32,000 bases of DNA from an uncultured Actinomycetes bacterium. Lineage in GTDB: Bacteria; Actinomycetota; Actinomycetes; S36-B12; CAIYMF01. The stretch is taken from the NCBI GenBank assembly GCA_963843975.1, contig CAWJMG010000001.1:1170001-1202000 (forward strand), in the 5' to 3' direction. Positions 1 through 8,530 of this stretch are shown here, piece by piece. The translations under genes and the position numbers were made by a program. Positions within the stretch are counted from its first letter, which is position 1, and every line of letters starts with the position of its first letter. Below the pieces are notes generated by a model that was not told the DNA's origin, did no database searches, and worked only from the letters and a program-made list of their open reading frames with translations.

Positions 1-1
1 C

Positions 2-112
2 CGTCGGCTCGACGTACGAGGCCGCACCCGGATGACCAAGGACGACCTCGTCGAGGCCATCCGGAGGGCGAACGACCGCGAGACCCGCCATGCCCGTGAA
101 GCCGGCCGCTGA
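2..112 (+). CDS. 3' end of a CDS entering from upstream of the window; the tail resembles Rho_N/SAP-like helix-motif proteins
   Basis: Frame 2 is open from the window edge to TGA 110-112. The peptide is ..RGRTRMTKDDLVEAIRRANDRETRHAREAGR, with GC-rich third codon positions. The family guess rests only on a remembered C-terminal motif (GRSxMxKxELVxAL..AN). Confidence 0.4.
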   Translation, partial: RRLDVRGRTRMTKDDLVEAIRRANDRETRHAREAGR

Positions 113-139
113 GCCGCACCCACACGAACCGGAGAAACC

Positions 140-643
140 ATGAACGTGCTCCAGAACGCCGCCGCGGCGGCCACGACCCTCCTGCCCGTCGACCAGGGGC
201 GCGCGCTGCTCGTCGTGCCGGTGCGCCTCCTGCGCGAGGGCGCCGTGGCGGTGGCGCGCACCACGCGGCACTGGGAGCTCGTGCTCTCGGGACAGGCCGA
301 CGTCGACCTGCGCGACGAGGCCCCCACCCCGTCAGAGCCCACCCGCCCGCGGCCGAGCACCGTCGCCAGCACCATCGGCGACGACGTCGTACCCGGCGTG
401 CCCAGCTCGGGCACCGACGACCCGGCCACGACAGGGACCGATGAGCCGCCGACCGAGCCGCCGGCGGCGGACGACCTCGCGGTGGACGACTGGGCCGAGC
501 TCTCCCTCGCCGACGCCCAGGCGCGCATCAGCGGCCTCGACGACGGCGACCTCCGCGCGCTGCTCGACTACGAGCGAGCGCACGGCCACCGGCCGCAGTA
601 CACCCTCCTGCTCGAGCGCCGCCTCGAGCTGAACAACGCCTGA
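140..643 (+). CDS. Hypothetical protein whose C-terminus resembles the actinobacterial 'lipid droplet-associated protein' family
   Basis: ATG 140 has GGAGAA a few nt upstream; 167 aa. An acidic P/T-rich linker is followed by ..WAELSLADAQARISGLDDGDLRALLDYERAHGHRPQYTLLLERRL. This matches my recollection of that family's conserved C-terminal module. Confidence 0.6.
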   Translation: MNVLQNAAAAATTLLPVDQGRALLVVPVRLLREGAVAVARTTRHWELVLSGQADVDLRDEAPTPSEPTRPRPSTVASTIGDDVVPGVPSSGTDDPATTGTDEPPTEPPAADDLAVDDWAELSLADAQARISGLDDGDLRALLDYERAHGHRPQYTLLLERRLELNNA

Positions 644-745
644 GGCCGGCGCCTCACTGCTGGACGTCGTGCCTACGAGGTGCCTCCGGCGAGCCGCAGC
701 CGCGCGAGCGGCAGGGCCAGCAGGGCCAGGGGCCTCACAGCAGGT

Positions 746-762
746 CCTTCCTCTGGGAAGAA
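746..762. repeat. Possible degenerate copy of the family-1 palindrome core (CCTTCC-TCT-GGGAAGAA)
   Basis: It lies between convergent genes (140..643 + and 807..1328 -). Compare CCTTCCCTCAGGGCAGAA at 4743-4760. The similarity is short. Confidence 0.3.
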
Positions 763-806
763 CCCGTCGAGGACGAGCGAATGCACCGCCCCGGCCGAAG
801 GCGCGA

Positions 807-1328
807 TCAGCCCCCGTGCAGCGACATGATGCGTCGCCCGAGCTCGCTCATGGCCGCGCGCAGGTCGACGGGCAGCAGCACCTCGACGTCGGGTCCGAGC
901 GCCAGCAGCTCGCGCACAGCGTCGTCGTCCGACGTGAATCGGAACGAGCCCTCGATCCAGTCGGGGTGCTCGGCCGAGCCGTCCGGGACCGGCCGCTGAC
1001 GCCATCCGTCGGGCGCCCCGACGACCAGCACCCGCTGCAGCGCGGACGGCGAGATCCGCACGCGCACACGGCGTATCCGCCCTTGCGTCGTTGCCACCGC
1101 GGCGCCCCCCGGCACAGCAGGGGCTGGCTGCTGGAACGTGTCGAGCAGCTCGAACCCGCCGTGCGGCCCGCGTACGGCGTAGACCGGGACTCCGGTCGCA
1201 CTCAGCTCGTCGAGGTCGCGCAGCACCGTCCGCTCGGACACCTCGAGCCGCCGCGCGAGCTCGCGCGCGGTCACCCGGCCCTCGGTCTGCAGCACGAGCA
1301 GGACCGACAGAAGACGCGCTGCGCGCAC
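807..1328 (-). CDS. YafY-type HTH transcriptional regulator, short form: HTH plus a C-terminal WCX-like module, with no recognisable WYL domain
   Basis: ARLLSVLLVLQTEGRVTARELARRLEVSERTVLRDLDELSATGVPVYAVRGPHGGFEL is the canonical YafY/DeoR-like HTH_11 N-terminus. The C-terminus ..FRFTSDDDAVRELLALGPDVEVLLPVDLRAAM.. looks like the WCX tail. I chose GTG 1328 as start (AGAGG 8 nt upstream); the ORF could start as far up as 1388. Confidence 0.8.
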   Translation of the reverse strand: MRAARLLSVLLVLQTEGRVTARELARRLEVSERTVLRDLDELSATGVPVYAVRGPHGGFELLDTFQQPAPAVPGGAAVATTQGRIRRVRVRISPSALQRVLVVGAPDGWRQRPVPDGSAEHPDWIEGSFRFTSDDDAVRELLALGPDVEVLLPVDLRAAMSELGRRIMSLHGG

Positions 1329-1378
1329 GGCCACCGCCTCTCGCAGCCACCCGGATTCCTCGGACGGATTCCGGTGTA

Positions 1379-1397
1379 CATGACACAAGGTGTCATG
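1379..1397. promoter_or_regulatory. 19-bp perfect palindrome CATGACAC-AAG-GTGTCATG, a candidate operator in a divergent promoter region
   Basis: Read directly from the 92-bp spacer between the YafY-like gene (-) and the SRPBCC gene (+). A direct repeat GGATTCC x2 lies just upstream at 1353-1373. Confidence 0.5.
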
Positions 1398-1420
1398 AAT
1401 AGGCGGGCAGAGTCGGGCGC

Positions 1421-1852
1421 ATGCCCACCTTCGAGGCGACCACCTCCGTCGCCGCCCCGCCCGCCGCTGTCTGGGACTCCCTCCTCGCGACCGATCGGTG
1501 GACGGTGTGGGACCCGCAGCTCGAGAGCGTCGCCGGCCGCCTGGCCGACCGAGGCCGCCTCGAGATCCGTGTGAAGGACAACCCGCGGCCGTTCACGCTC
1601 AAGGTCTCCCGCTGGGAGCCGCACCGGCGGATCGTTCTGACGGGCGGCATGCCGCTGGGGCTGTTCACCGGCACGCGCACCTACACGCTCGCCGACGGCG
1701 ACGGCGGCAGCACGTCGGTGACCGTCCGCGAGACCTACACCGGTCCGCTCGCCGGCCTCATCGGAAGGTCGATCCCCGACCTGCAGCCCTCGTTCGACTC
1801 CTTCGTTTCCGGCCTGCGGCGCGACGCCGAGGGCCAGGATCAGCACCGATGA
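1421..1852 (+). CDS. SRPBCC (START/polyketide cyclase-dehydrase-like) family protein
   Basis: 143 aa. The N-terminus MPTFEATTSVAAPPAAVWDSLLATDRWTVWDP.. is the typical SRPBCC opening (..apaevVWdll.d...w..W.p), with C-terminal ..ETYTGPLAGL... It is divergent from a YafY regulator, which is a common pairing. Confidence 0.85.
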   Translation: MPTFEATTSVAAPPAAVWDSLLATDRWTVWDPQLESVAGRLADRGRLEIRVKDNPRPFTLKVSRWEPHRRIVLTGGMPLGLFTGTRTYTLADGDGGSTSVTVRETYTGPLAGLIGRSIPDLQPSFDSFVSGLRRDAEGQDQHR

Positions 1853-1877
1853 CCCCCGAGCACCCCGAGGAGCGTCC

Positions 1878-2294
1878 ATGACCGACCACATCGAGGGATC
1901 CGGCACCGCCGAGGACCCCTGGATCCTGACCACGCCCGTCGGCACGTCCGAGTTCGACGCGTGGCGGGTGCAGGACTCCGACCCGCCCGCGCTGTGGGTG
2001 CGCGTGGGCACCACCAAGCTCAGCTACCAGCTCCGCTGCATCGAGGACCTGCACGCGATGCTGACGGCGTACGGCGACTGGATGCCGCTCGGCAACGCCG
2101 ACGAGCAGAAGGAGGCCAAGCCCGGGACGGTCGAGGGCTGGGCCCGCGCCGACGACAACCCGGTCGGCGGCTTCTACGGCCTGCGCAAGGGATATCGCGG
2201 ACGCTTCGCGACGTACGTCCCGCCCGTCCTCGAGCACCTCGGCCTGGCCGAGGTCGAGCACAACCCGCGCAACAACCGCATGCGCGCGCTGTAG
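1878..2294 (+). CDS. Conserved hypothetical protein
   Basis: 138 aa ORF with ATG 1878, strong GC3 bias, and the terminator hairpin at 2312-2347 downstream. I recognise no domain. Confidence 0.65.
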   Translation: MTDHIEGSGTAEDPWILTTPVGTSEFDAWRVQDSDPPALWVRVGTTKLSYQLRCIEDLHAMLTAYGDWMPLGNADEQKEAKPGTVEGWARADDNPVGGFYGLRKGYRGRFATYVPPVLEHLGLAEVEHNPRNNRMRAL

Positions 2295-2311
2295 CGCTGC
2301 CGGCGTACGAC

Positions 2312-2347
2312 GAGACCGACCCGCTCGGGGGTGCGCGGGTCGGTCTC
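2312..2347. terminator. Bidirectional stem-loop between convergent genes
   Basis: Perfect 13-bp inverted repeat GAGACCGACCCGC (2312-2324) / GCGGGTCGGTCTC (2335-2347) with a 10-nt loop, followed by GTTGCCTTG. Confidence 0.65.
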
Positions 2348-2382
2348 GTTGCCTTGCGGTGGGGTTCCTCGGTCGGGCCCTC

Positions 2383-2814
2383 TCAGCGGTCCGACGCGTG
2401 CACGTGGCCCGGGGGAGGCAGGGCCGGCGGGCGCAGCAGCAAACTGATCGGCCGCGACCACCACTTCGTCTCCTCGACCATCGCCCTCGGGGCGCTGATG
2501 GTCGGCGCGCTGCCGCCGCCGATCGCCGCGACGGCGCTGGAGACCAGCGCCGTGAGGTCGGCGCGGGTCTCGGCCGCGAGCTCGGGCCACTCCTCCCACG
2601 TGGAGATGAGGGCATCGCCGTCGAGCCACACCAGCGCCGCACGCGGCAGCTCGCCGCGGGTCGGTGATGCGGGAACGCCGTCGGGGAAGAGCACGAGCAC
2701 GCGGTTGCGCGGGGCGTGCGCCATCGCGCGTGCAGGGACGGCGTACCGGTACCAGGGGCCGGGGTTCGTCGGGAACGCGTACATCCGTCCGACGCGAAGC
2801 TCGCCAGCACGCAT
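2383..2814 (-). CDS. Hypothetical protein
   Basis: The ORF is 2383..2901. I prefer ATG 2814 (MRAGELRVGRMYAFP..) because a purine-rich GGGGAAGGGG lies about 9 nt upstream and GC3 is high from there on. No domain recognised. Confidence 0.55.
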   Translation of the reverse strand: MRAGELRVGRMYAFPTNPGPWYRYAVPARAMAHAPRNRVLVLFPDGVPASPTRGELPRAALVWLDGDALISTWEEWPELAAETRADLTALVSSAVAAIGGGSAPTISAPRAMVEETKWWSRPISLLLRPPALPPPGHVHASDR

Positions 2815-3125
2815 GTGACCCCACCCCTTCCCCGGACACGTGGTCATGACGGTCGTCGGCCCCGACGAGAGCGGGAGTTGAGGAACCAGGCACGGAATCA
2901 CCCAAGCGGAGCATCAAGGACGCCCGGCCGCCGTCGAACATCCCGGTACCGCGCGGTCCGCCGTGCGGCTGGGCGCCGCCCCCCGGCCCCCTACGCCGCG
3001 TTGCGGTCGGCGTACGCCGAGGAGCGGCGCTCGGCACGCCCGGATCCCGGTCTCCCGCGGCCGATGCGTCCAGCGTCACGCCCGGTGGCACCCGATCCCG
3101 GCCGCGCGGCGGCGAGAATGACCGC

Positions 3126-3524
3126 ATGCGGTGGGTCTGGATCAGCCTCGGGGTGGCGTGCGTCGCCGTCGGGGCGGTCGCGGTCGTCGTGCCCCTGATC
3201 CCGACGACCCCGTTCCTGCTCGTGGCGGCCTTCGCCTTCGCGCGCTCGTCCGAGAGGTTCCACGGCTGGCTCATGGGTCACCCGCGCCTCGGGCCGCCGA
3301 TCCGCGAGTGGAACGAAGGGCGGCGGGTGCGCCGCAGCGCCAAGTGGCTCGCCACCGCGTCGATCACGCTGGCCTTCGGTCTCTCCGTCGCGATCGGGCT
3401 GCCCCTCTGGGTGCTCGGTGCCCAGGCCGTGACGCTCTCGGCCGTGGTCGCGTACATCTGGTCGCGGCCGGAGCCGCGCGTCAGCGACGTCCGAGCCGAG
3501 CTGCCGGCGTACGACGCCGCCTGA
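3126..3524 (+). CDS. YbaN/DUF454 family inner-membrane protein
   Basis: 132 aa. GAVAVVVPLIPTTPFLLVAAFAFARSSERFHGWLMGHPRLGPPIREW is the DUF454 signature (..lP.tPFlLlAa.cFarsS.r.h.WL..h..fGp.i..w). There are 3-4 hydrophobic segments. Confidence 0.9.
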   Translation: MRWVWISLGVACVAVGAVAVVVPLIPTTPFLLVAAFAFARSSERFHGWLMGHPRLGPPIREWNEGRRVRRSAKWLATASITLAFGLSVAIGLPLWVLGAQAVTLSAVVAYIWSRPEPRVSDVRAELPAYDAA

Positions 3525-3625
3525 GGCTGCGGCGCCACCGCCGGCGCCACCTCGCGGGTTCCGGGACGGTCGCCGGGGCCGCACGGCAGAGTGGTGTCCT
3601 CACGCACGTCGCACCGGAGGACCAC

Positions 3626-4681
3626 ATGAGCGAGCCTGTCCGCATCGGAGTCGTCGGCTACGGCCTCGGTGGCCGCGTCTTCCACGCGCCGCTGATCGCA
3701 TCGGCCGGCAACGCCGTGCTCGCCGGGGTGATCACCACCGACGACGAGCGCCGGGCCCAGCTGGCCGAGGTGCACCCGGGGGTGCCCGCGCTGGCCTCGC
3801 TGCGCGAGCTCGTCGACGCCGGCGCCGAGGCGGTCGCGATCAGCTCGACGACCGGCACGCACGCAGCGCTCGCGCACGAGGCGCTCGACCTCGGCCTGCA
3901 CGTGGTGGTCGACAAGCCGCTCGCGGTCGACGCTGCCTCGGCGTCCGAGGTCGTCGAGCATGCAGACCGCGTTGGGTTGCTGCTGTCGGTGTTCCAGAAC
4001 CGGCGCTGGGACTCGGACTTCCTCACGGTGAAGCGCGTGCTCGCCGAGGGCACGGTCGGCGAGGTCTTCCGCTTCGAGTCGCGCTTCGAGCGCTGGGCAC
4101 CCGGGCCGCCGCGGGCGTGGTGGCGCAGCGAGCTGCCGCCGTCCGAGGGGGGCGGCGTCCGCCTCGACCTCGGCGCGCACCTCGTCGACCAGGCGCTGCA
4201 GCTGTTCGGACCGGTTACCTCGGTGTACGCCGAGTCGGCGATCCGGCGTACGACGGGGAAGGCGGAGGACGACCTCGCGGTGTCGCTGACGCACGCGAGC
4301 GGCGTGCAGTCGTACCTCGCGGCGAACACGTGGAGCGGCGACGTGACGCGGCGGTTCCGCGTGCTCGGCCGCGAGGGCGCGTACGTCGTCGGCGGGACGG
4401 ACGGGCAGGAGGACGCGCTGCGGGCGGGGCTGACGCCCACGACGTCGGGCGACGAGTGGGGTGTCGAGCCCGTGACCGCGTGGGGCCACGTGCACCGCGG
4501 TGGCGACATCGAGGTCGTGCCGACCGAGCGCGGACGCTGGGACACCTACTACCCGGCGTTCGCCGCGGCCGTGCGCGGCGAGGGCGACGTACCGGTCGAC
4601 CCGCGCGATGCGTCCGCCGCCCTGCAGGTGCTCGACGCGATCGCGACGAGCGCCGCCGAGCACGAGGTCGTCACCCTCTGA
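3626..4681 (+). CDS. Gfo/Idh/MocA family NAD(P)-dependent oxidoreductase
   Basis: ATG 3626 has GGAGG 6 nt upstream. MSEPVRIGVVGYGLGGRVFHAPLI.. is a Rossmann N-terminus, followed by ..HVVVDKPLAV.. and ..VFQNRRWDSDF.., typical of this family; 351 aa. The 5' part of the listed 516-aa ORF overlaps the YbaN gene and is discounted. Confidence 0.9.
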   Translation: MSEPVRIGVVGYGLGGRVFHAPLIASAGNAVLAGVITTDDERRAQLAEVHPGVPALASLRELVDAGAEAVAISSTTGTHAALAHEALDLGLHVVVDKPLAVDAASASEVVEHADRVGLLLSVFQNRRWDSDFLTVKRVLAEGTVGEVFRFESRFERWAPGPPRAWWRSELPPSEGGGVRLDLGAHLVDQALQLFGPVTSVYAESAIRRTTGKAEDDLAVSLTHASGVQSYLAANTWSGDVTRRFRVLGREGAYVVGGTDGQEDALRAGLTPTTSGDEWGVEPVTAWGHVHRGGDIEVVPTERGRWDTYYPAFAAAVRGEGDVPVDPRDASAALQVLDAIATSAAEHEVVTL

Positions 4682-4697
4682 CGGGCCGCGAGGCGTC

Positions 4698-4778
4698 CAA
4701 GATCACGAATCTGGGCGGGACCGTGCAGTTCACCTGCGCGATCCTTCCCTCAGGGCAGAAACACGCAGTTCGCCAGGG
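4698..4778. repeat. Family-1 intergenic repeat, copy A1
   Basis: CAAGATCACGAATCTGGGCGGGACCGTGCAGTTCACCTGCGCGATCCTTCCCTCAGGGCAGAAACACGCAGTTCGCCAGGG. It is near-identical in organisation to 4816-4895 and 9217-9336 and lies between convergent gene ends. Confidence 0.85.
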
Positions 4779-4815
4779 CGCGACCGGCGCAGCGACAGCA
4801 TCTCCTCCACCCGAG

Positions 4816-4895
4816 CAAGATCGCGAATCTGGGCGGGATCCGTGCAGTTCACCTGCGCTTTGCTTCCCTAAGGGTGGACAAACGCAGTTCGTGGG
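4816..4895. repeat. Family-1 intergenic repeat, copy A2
   Basis: CAAGATCGCGAATCTGGGCGGGATCCGTGCAGTTCACCTGCGCTTTGCTTCCCTAAGGGTGGACAAACGCAGTTCGTGGG. It abuts the stop codon (4896-4898) of the minus-strand hydrolase gene. Confidence 0.85.
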
Positions 4896-6866
4896 CTACT
4901 CGAAGACGGTCTCGCGGAACTGCTCTCGCTCGTAGCAGGCCACCTTGATCGCCTCGAGCTGCTCGTCGGTGCACTCGAGGTCGAAGACGTCGCGGATGAA
5001 CTCCGGCAGGTCGGCGCGGTAGTCGTGCGCCCAGGCGCGGTACGACCCCGGCAGCTGCGCGTTCTTCATGTCGACGAGCAGCTGGAAGAACGTCGTGATC
5101 GGACGCCAGCGCATCGACGACGGGATGCCACGCGGGGATCGGCCCGGCAGCTCCTCGACGCGCGGCCGCTCAGGACCGAGCCAGGTCGGACGGCGGTTGA
5201 TGAGGTTGGCGCCGAACTTCGTGACGCCGTCGTTGTCGTGCGACAGGAGCACGTAGTGCTTGCGCTCCTTGGCCTCTTCGCCGTACGCGAGGAACTGCTC
5301 GTAGTCGTTGACGACGGCCACGGCGTCGTGGTCGACGTCGAGGCGGTTCGGGTCGAGGAGCTCGTGCCGCCACTTGCTGCCCTCGGGCGTACCGATCCAC
5401 AGCGCACGGTCGATGCCGAGAGCCTGCGGGCCGAGGGTGCCCCAGCCGACGAACGCCGACTGGCTGGTGTGCGCGCCGAGCGACTCGCCGAACAGCACGA
5501 CGCGCGGGCGCTTCTCCGGCGGCATCTCGCGGATGCGCTGCAGGATCCTCAGCCACAGCAGTCGGTTCTGCTCCTTGGCCTGACCCACCTTGCCCAGCGA
5601 CAGCGGCGACGGGCGCTTGGAGTACTGCAGCGTCACCGACGCCATGTCACCGCGGGTCATGTACTGCGTCGCAGCGATGGCGACGTAGTTGACGTAGCCG
5701 GTGCCCGTGGGGGAGACGAGCATGATCAGGGACCGCGACCAGGCATCGGTGCGGTCCATCTCGGCGAGCGCGAGCTCGACCCGCTCCTTGGCCGTGTCGG
5801 CGCTGTCGAGGCCGATGAAGATCTGGATCGGAGTGGCCTTGGCCGTCTCCTTCATCACCGTCTTGATCGACAGCTCGGGGCGCTCGACGCCGTTGATCAT
5901 CGCCGGGGCCGTCTCCCACTTCTCCGGCCGCACATACGTCACGACGTGGCGCCTGCCCTCGCGGCCGAGCGTGTCCCAGTGCACGAGGCTCTCGGGGTCG
6001 CCGCTCACCAGCGGGTGGGTCCAGACACCGGGTGCGCTCTCGTCGATGCCCTCGTCGTACGTCGAGGTGCCCGCCTCGATGCCGTGCATGGCCCGCTTCC
6101 ACAGCAGGTTGGTGCCGACGCCGACTCCGCCGAGCATGGCCACGTGCCCTGCGCGCCGCCAGGTGGTCTCGGAGCCGGGCAGCACCCGGCTGCCGACCGA
6201 GCCGAGCTGGCGGGCGGCCCACGACTCGCCGATGGCGAGGCCGGCGATGCCGAGGACGACGCCCATGCCGGCGGCGAGACCCAGCGCGGGGTTGGACTTG
6301 GCCGGGTCGGAGTAGTGCTCCGGCGGGGTCTCCCGCTGGCGGATGCTCTCGATGACACCGGCGGTGACGAGGCCGACGGGGATGGCGAGGGGGAGGTGCT
6401 CGATCCTGCCGCCGGCCCCGACCATCTCGTCGAACGTCTTCGTGCCCCACATGGCGACCGCGAGGATCGTCGCGCCGGCACCCGTGACGGCGGTGCGCCA
6501 GCCGACCTGGCGGATGAGCCCGCGTACGGCGGTCTCGTTGGCACGGTGGCCGATGAGGGCGACGATGCCGAAGCCGGCGGGGATGACGGCGACGTCGAGC
6601 AGCAGGGCAGAGGCCCGCTGACGCTGGTCCATCGTCCAGTCGTCGGGGAACGGGAAGACGGTGGCCATCGCACCGCCCGCGCCCTCGATGACGTCCTGGA
6701 CGACAGCCGTCAGGAGGAAGTGTGTACCGGTCGCGAGGCCGGTGATGAGGCCCTGGTCGATCCACGTGCGCTCGGACAGCGAGCGCGTGAACGTGCCGGG
6801 GACTGCCGCTGATGCGAGCACCAGGCCGACCTGCTGGCCGCGCCCGACGATCTCCCTGCTGACCAC
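4896..6866 (-). CDS. Membrane-anchored alpha/beta-hydrolase (Abhydrolase_9-like: N-terminal multi-TM domain plus C-terminal hydrolase fold)
   Basis: 656 aa. The N-terminal half has multiple hydrophobic helices. The C-terminal half has the nucleophile-elbow motif VVLFGESLGAHTSQ (GxSxG). I recall this two-part layout for the uncharacterised Abhydrolase_9 membrane family. Confidence 0.8.
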   Translation of the reverse strand: MVSREIVGRGQQVGLVLASAAVPGTFTRSLSERTWIDQGLITGLATGTHFLLTAVVQDVIEGAGGAMATVFPFPDDWTMDQRQRASALLLDVAVIPAGFGIVALIGHRANETAVRGLIRQVGWRTAVTGAGATILAVAMWGTKTFDEMVGAGGRIEHLPLAIPVGLVTAGVIESIRQRETPPEHYSDPAKSNPALGLAAGMGVVLGIAGLAIGESWAARQLGSVGSRVLPGSETTWRRAGHVAMLGGVGVGTNLLWKRAMHGIEAGTSTYDEGIDESAPGVWTHPLVSGDPESLVHWDTLGREGRRHVVTYVRPEKWETAPAMINGVERPELSIKTVMKETAKATPIQIFIGLDSADTAKERVELALAEMDRTDAWSRSLIMLVSPTGTGYVNYVAIAATQYMTRGDMASVTLQYSKRPSPLSLGKVGQAKEQNRLLWLRILQRIREMPPEKRPRVVLFGESLGAHTSQSAFVGWGTLGPQALGIDRALWIGTPEGSKWRHELLDPNRLDVDHDAVAVVNDYEQFLAYGEEAKERKHYVLLSHDNDGVTKFGANLINRRPTWLGPERPRVEELPGRSPRGIPSSMRWRPITTFFQLLVDMKNAQLPGSYRAWAHDYRADLPEFIRDVFDLECTDEQLEAIKVACYEREQFRETVFE

Positions 6867-6943
6867 TTCGTCCTCCCCAGGCCTGCGCCGTCCAGGTTCG
6901 TCTGCGACCGTAGTGCACCGACCTACGTGAGGAGAGCCGACCG

Positions 6944-7729
6944 GTGAAGGTGCTGAGCCGTACCGCGGGCGGCGTCGCCCTCGTCGCGGGCATCGTCATG
7001 GGCACCTGGCTGCTCGGCACCCTCGGGGCGATGGCCGGGGTGATCCTCGCCATGCTCGGCTTCCAGGCGCTCACCCGCAAGGTCGAGGGCCAGCACTACG
7101 TGAGCGCGGCGCTCGTCACGACCGCCGGTCTCATCGTCATCGGGTGGAAGCACGGAGTCACCCTCAACCAGCTCGGCCTCGGCCGGAGCACCTGGGTGAC
7201 GGGCGCGATCTGGTCGATCGGCATCATCGTCGCGGTCGGCGTCGTGATCGGGATCGCGGGCGGGATCCCGCGGCTTCACAAGTACTTCGCCGACGACCGC
7301 GTCAGCGAGGCCGACGGCGTGCTCACCTCGCGCCGCGTGCTCCTCGACATCCCGTTCGGCACGGTTCTCGTTGAGGAGTATGCGTTTCGCGGCCTGCTGC
7401 TCGCGCTCATGACCACGCAGTGGGGGGTCGTCTGGGCGGTCGCGCTGACGTCGCTGCTGTTCGGCCTCTGGCACATCGGGCCGGCGATGGAGATGCACAA
7501 CGCGCACCAGGAGGCCAGGGGCCATGTGCTCCTGACCGTCGGCTCGACCGTGCTGTTCACCGGGCTGTCCGGCGTCGGCTTCGCGCTGCTGCGGCTGTTC
7601 ACCGGCAGCCTCTTCCCGCCGTCCGCCCTGCACTGGGCCGCGAACGGCACCGGCGTGGTGGTCGGCTTCTTCGTCAACCGCCGCCTCCGCGACCAGGCCG
7701 AAGCCGCCGCGCCCGACCGCACCCTCTGA
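6944..7729 (+). CDS. CPBP family intramembrane glutamic endopeptidase (CAAX protease-like)
   Basis: GTG 6944 has GAGGAGAG upstream; 261 aa and polytopic. Signature motifs are VLVEEYAFRGLL (EExxxR) and SLLFGLWHIG (FxxxH). Confidence 0.9.
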   Translation: MKVLSRTAGGVALVAGIVMGTWLLGTLGAMAGVILAMLGFQALTRKVEGQHYVSAALVTTAGLIVIGWKHGVTLNQLGLGRSTWVTGAIWSIGIIVAVGVVIGIAGGIPRLHKYFADDRVSEADGVLTSRRVLLDIPFGTVLVEEYAFRGLLLALMTTQWGVVWAVALTSLLFGLWHIGPAMEMHNAHQEARGHVLLTVGSTVLFTGLSGVGFALLRLFTGSLFPPSALHWAANGTGVVVGFFVNRRLRDQAEAAAPDRTL

Positions 7730-7735
7730 CGTTCC

Positions 7736-7756
7736 CGACGAGGGTGCCCCTCGTCG
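7736..7756. terminator. Short GC stem-loop between convergent genes
   Basis: CGACGAGGG-TGC-CCCTCGTCG, a perfect 9-bp inverted repeat 7 nt after the CPBP stop. Confidence 0.45.
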
Positions 7757-7799
7757 CCCACGAGGCAACCAGGCTCCCCGGCGGCGGCAGGTGTAGCCG

Positions 7800-8498
7800 T
7801 TACGCGCGCCAGGCAACGGGGTGCGCGGTGGGCCCGGAGACCTCCGTCAGGGTGGCGACGACGTCCCCGACCGTACGGCGCAGCAGCAGCCCACCGGGGC
7901 CCACGACGTCCTCGCCGCGCTCGTCCAGGCCGTCGCCGGTGATCCGCCAGCGCCGCACCGTGCCGTCGACGTCCGTGCCGCCGACCATCACGACCTCGTC
8001 GCCGACGTCCTCGATCGAGACATGCACAGGCACGGGCACGAGGAAGGTCGACGCGTCGAGCGCGTCGCCCACGACGAAGGAGTACGCCGGGCCCTCGGCC
8101 AGGCGCCCGCCGAGCACCAGGGCCGGGAGCACGAGCGGGCCGCCCACGGAGACGGGCTCGAGCTCGGCGACGTCGACGAAGCGGCGCACCTCGACCGCAC
8201 CCGGCACCTCGACGCACGCGACCGTGGCGGACCGCACGACGCCCATGCCCGAGCCGACCCAGCGCAGCACGACGGTCGCGATCTCGGCCGACCAGCGGGC
8301 GTCGACCTCGAGGCGGCTCACGGGGGCGGCGGCGATGCGCGTCGAGCGCACCCGCACCGAGCCCGGCGCGATCTCGCCGGCCACCCACTGCTCGTCGATG
8401 CCGGCGGGGCCGCCGTCGGCGCGGCGGTGCAGGTAGCGACCGCGCGAGCGGTCGGCGTCCTGGGGCATGTCGGGCATCGACGGGTCAGCAGTGCTCAC
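7800..8498 (-). CDS. Hypothetical protein
   Basis: The ORF is 7800..8588. I prefer GTG 8498 (VSTADPSMPD..), which has GGGAGG 8 nt upstream. GC3 is high throughout. No domain confidently recognised. Confidence 0.6.
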   Translation of the reverse strand: MSTADPSMPDMPQDADRSRGRYLHRRADGGPAGIDEQWVAGEIAPGSVRVRSTRIAAAPVSRLEVDARWSAEIATVVLRWVGSGMGVVRSATVACVEVPGAVEVRRFVDVAELEPVSVGGPLVLPALVLGGRLAEGPAYSFVVGDALDASTFLVPVPVHVSIEDVGDEVVMVGGTDVDGTVRRWRITGDGLDERGEDVVGPGGLLLRRTVGDVVATLTEVSGPTAHPVAWRA

Positions 8499-8530
8499 GC
8501 CACCATCCTCCCAGCCGCCGCGGCACCCCT

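Noticed and set aside
3131-3625. The 5' extension of the oxidoreductase ORF (516 aa as listed), which overlaps the YbaN gene in another frame
   Set aside because: Homology to Gfo/Idh/MocA begins at MSEPVRIGVVGYG. ATG 3626 has a GGAGG RBS. The extension is Arg/Gly-rich shadow sequence.
5025-6812. Very long ORFs antisense to, or out of frame with, well-supported genes. Examples are 5025..6812 (+), 5647..7080 (-), 12589..14340 (+), 18032..19885 (-), 21210..23312 (-), 3278..4663 (-) and 30827..31984 (-).
   Set aside because: These are typical stop-codon-poor shadow frames of high-GC DNA. Their products are Arg/Pro/Gly/Ala-rich and low in complexity, have no recognisable domains, and overlap genes with clear family signatures.
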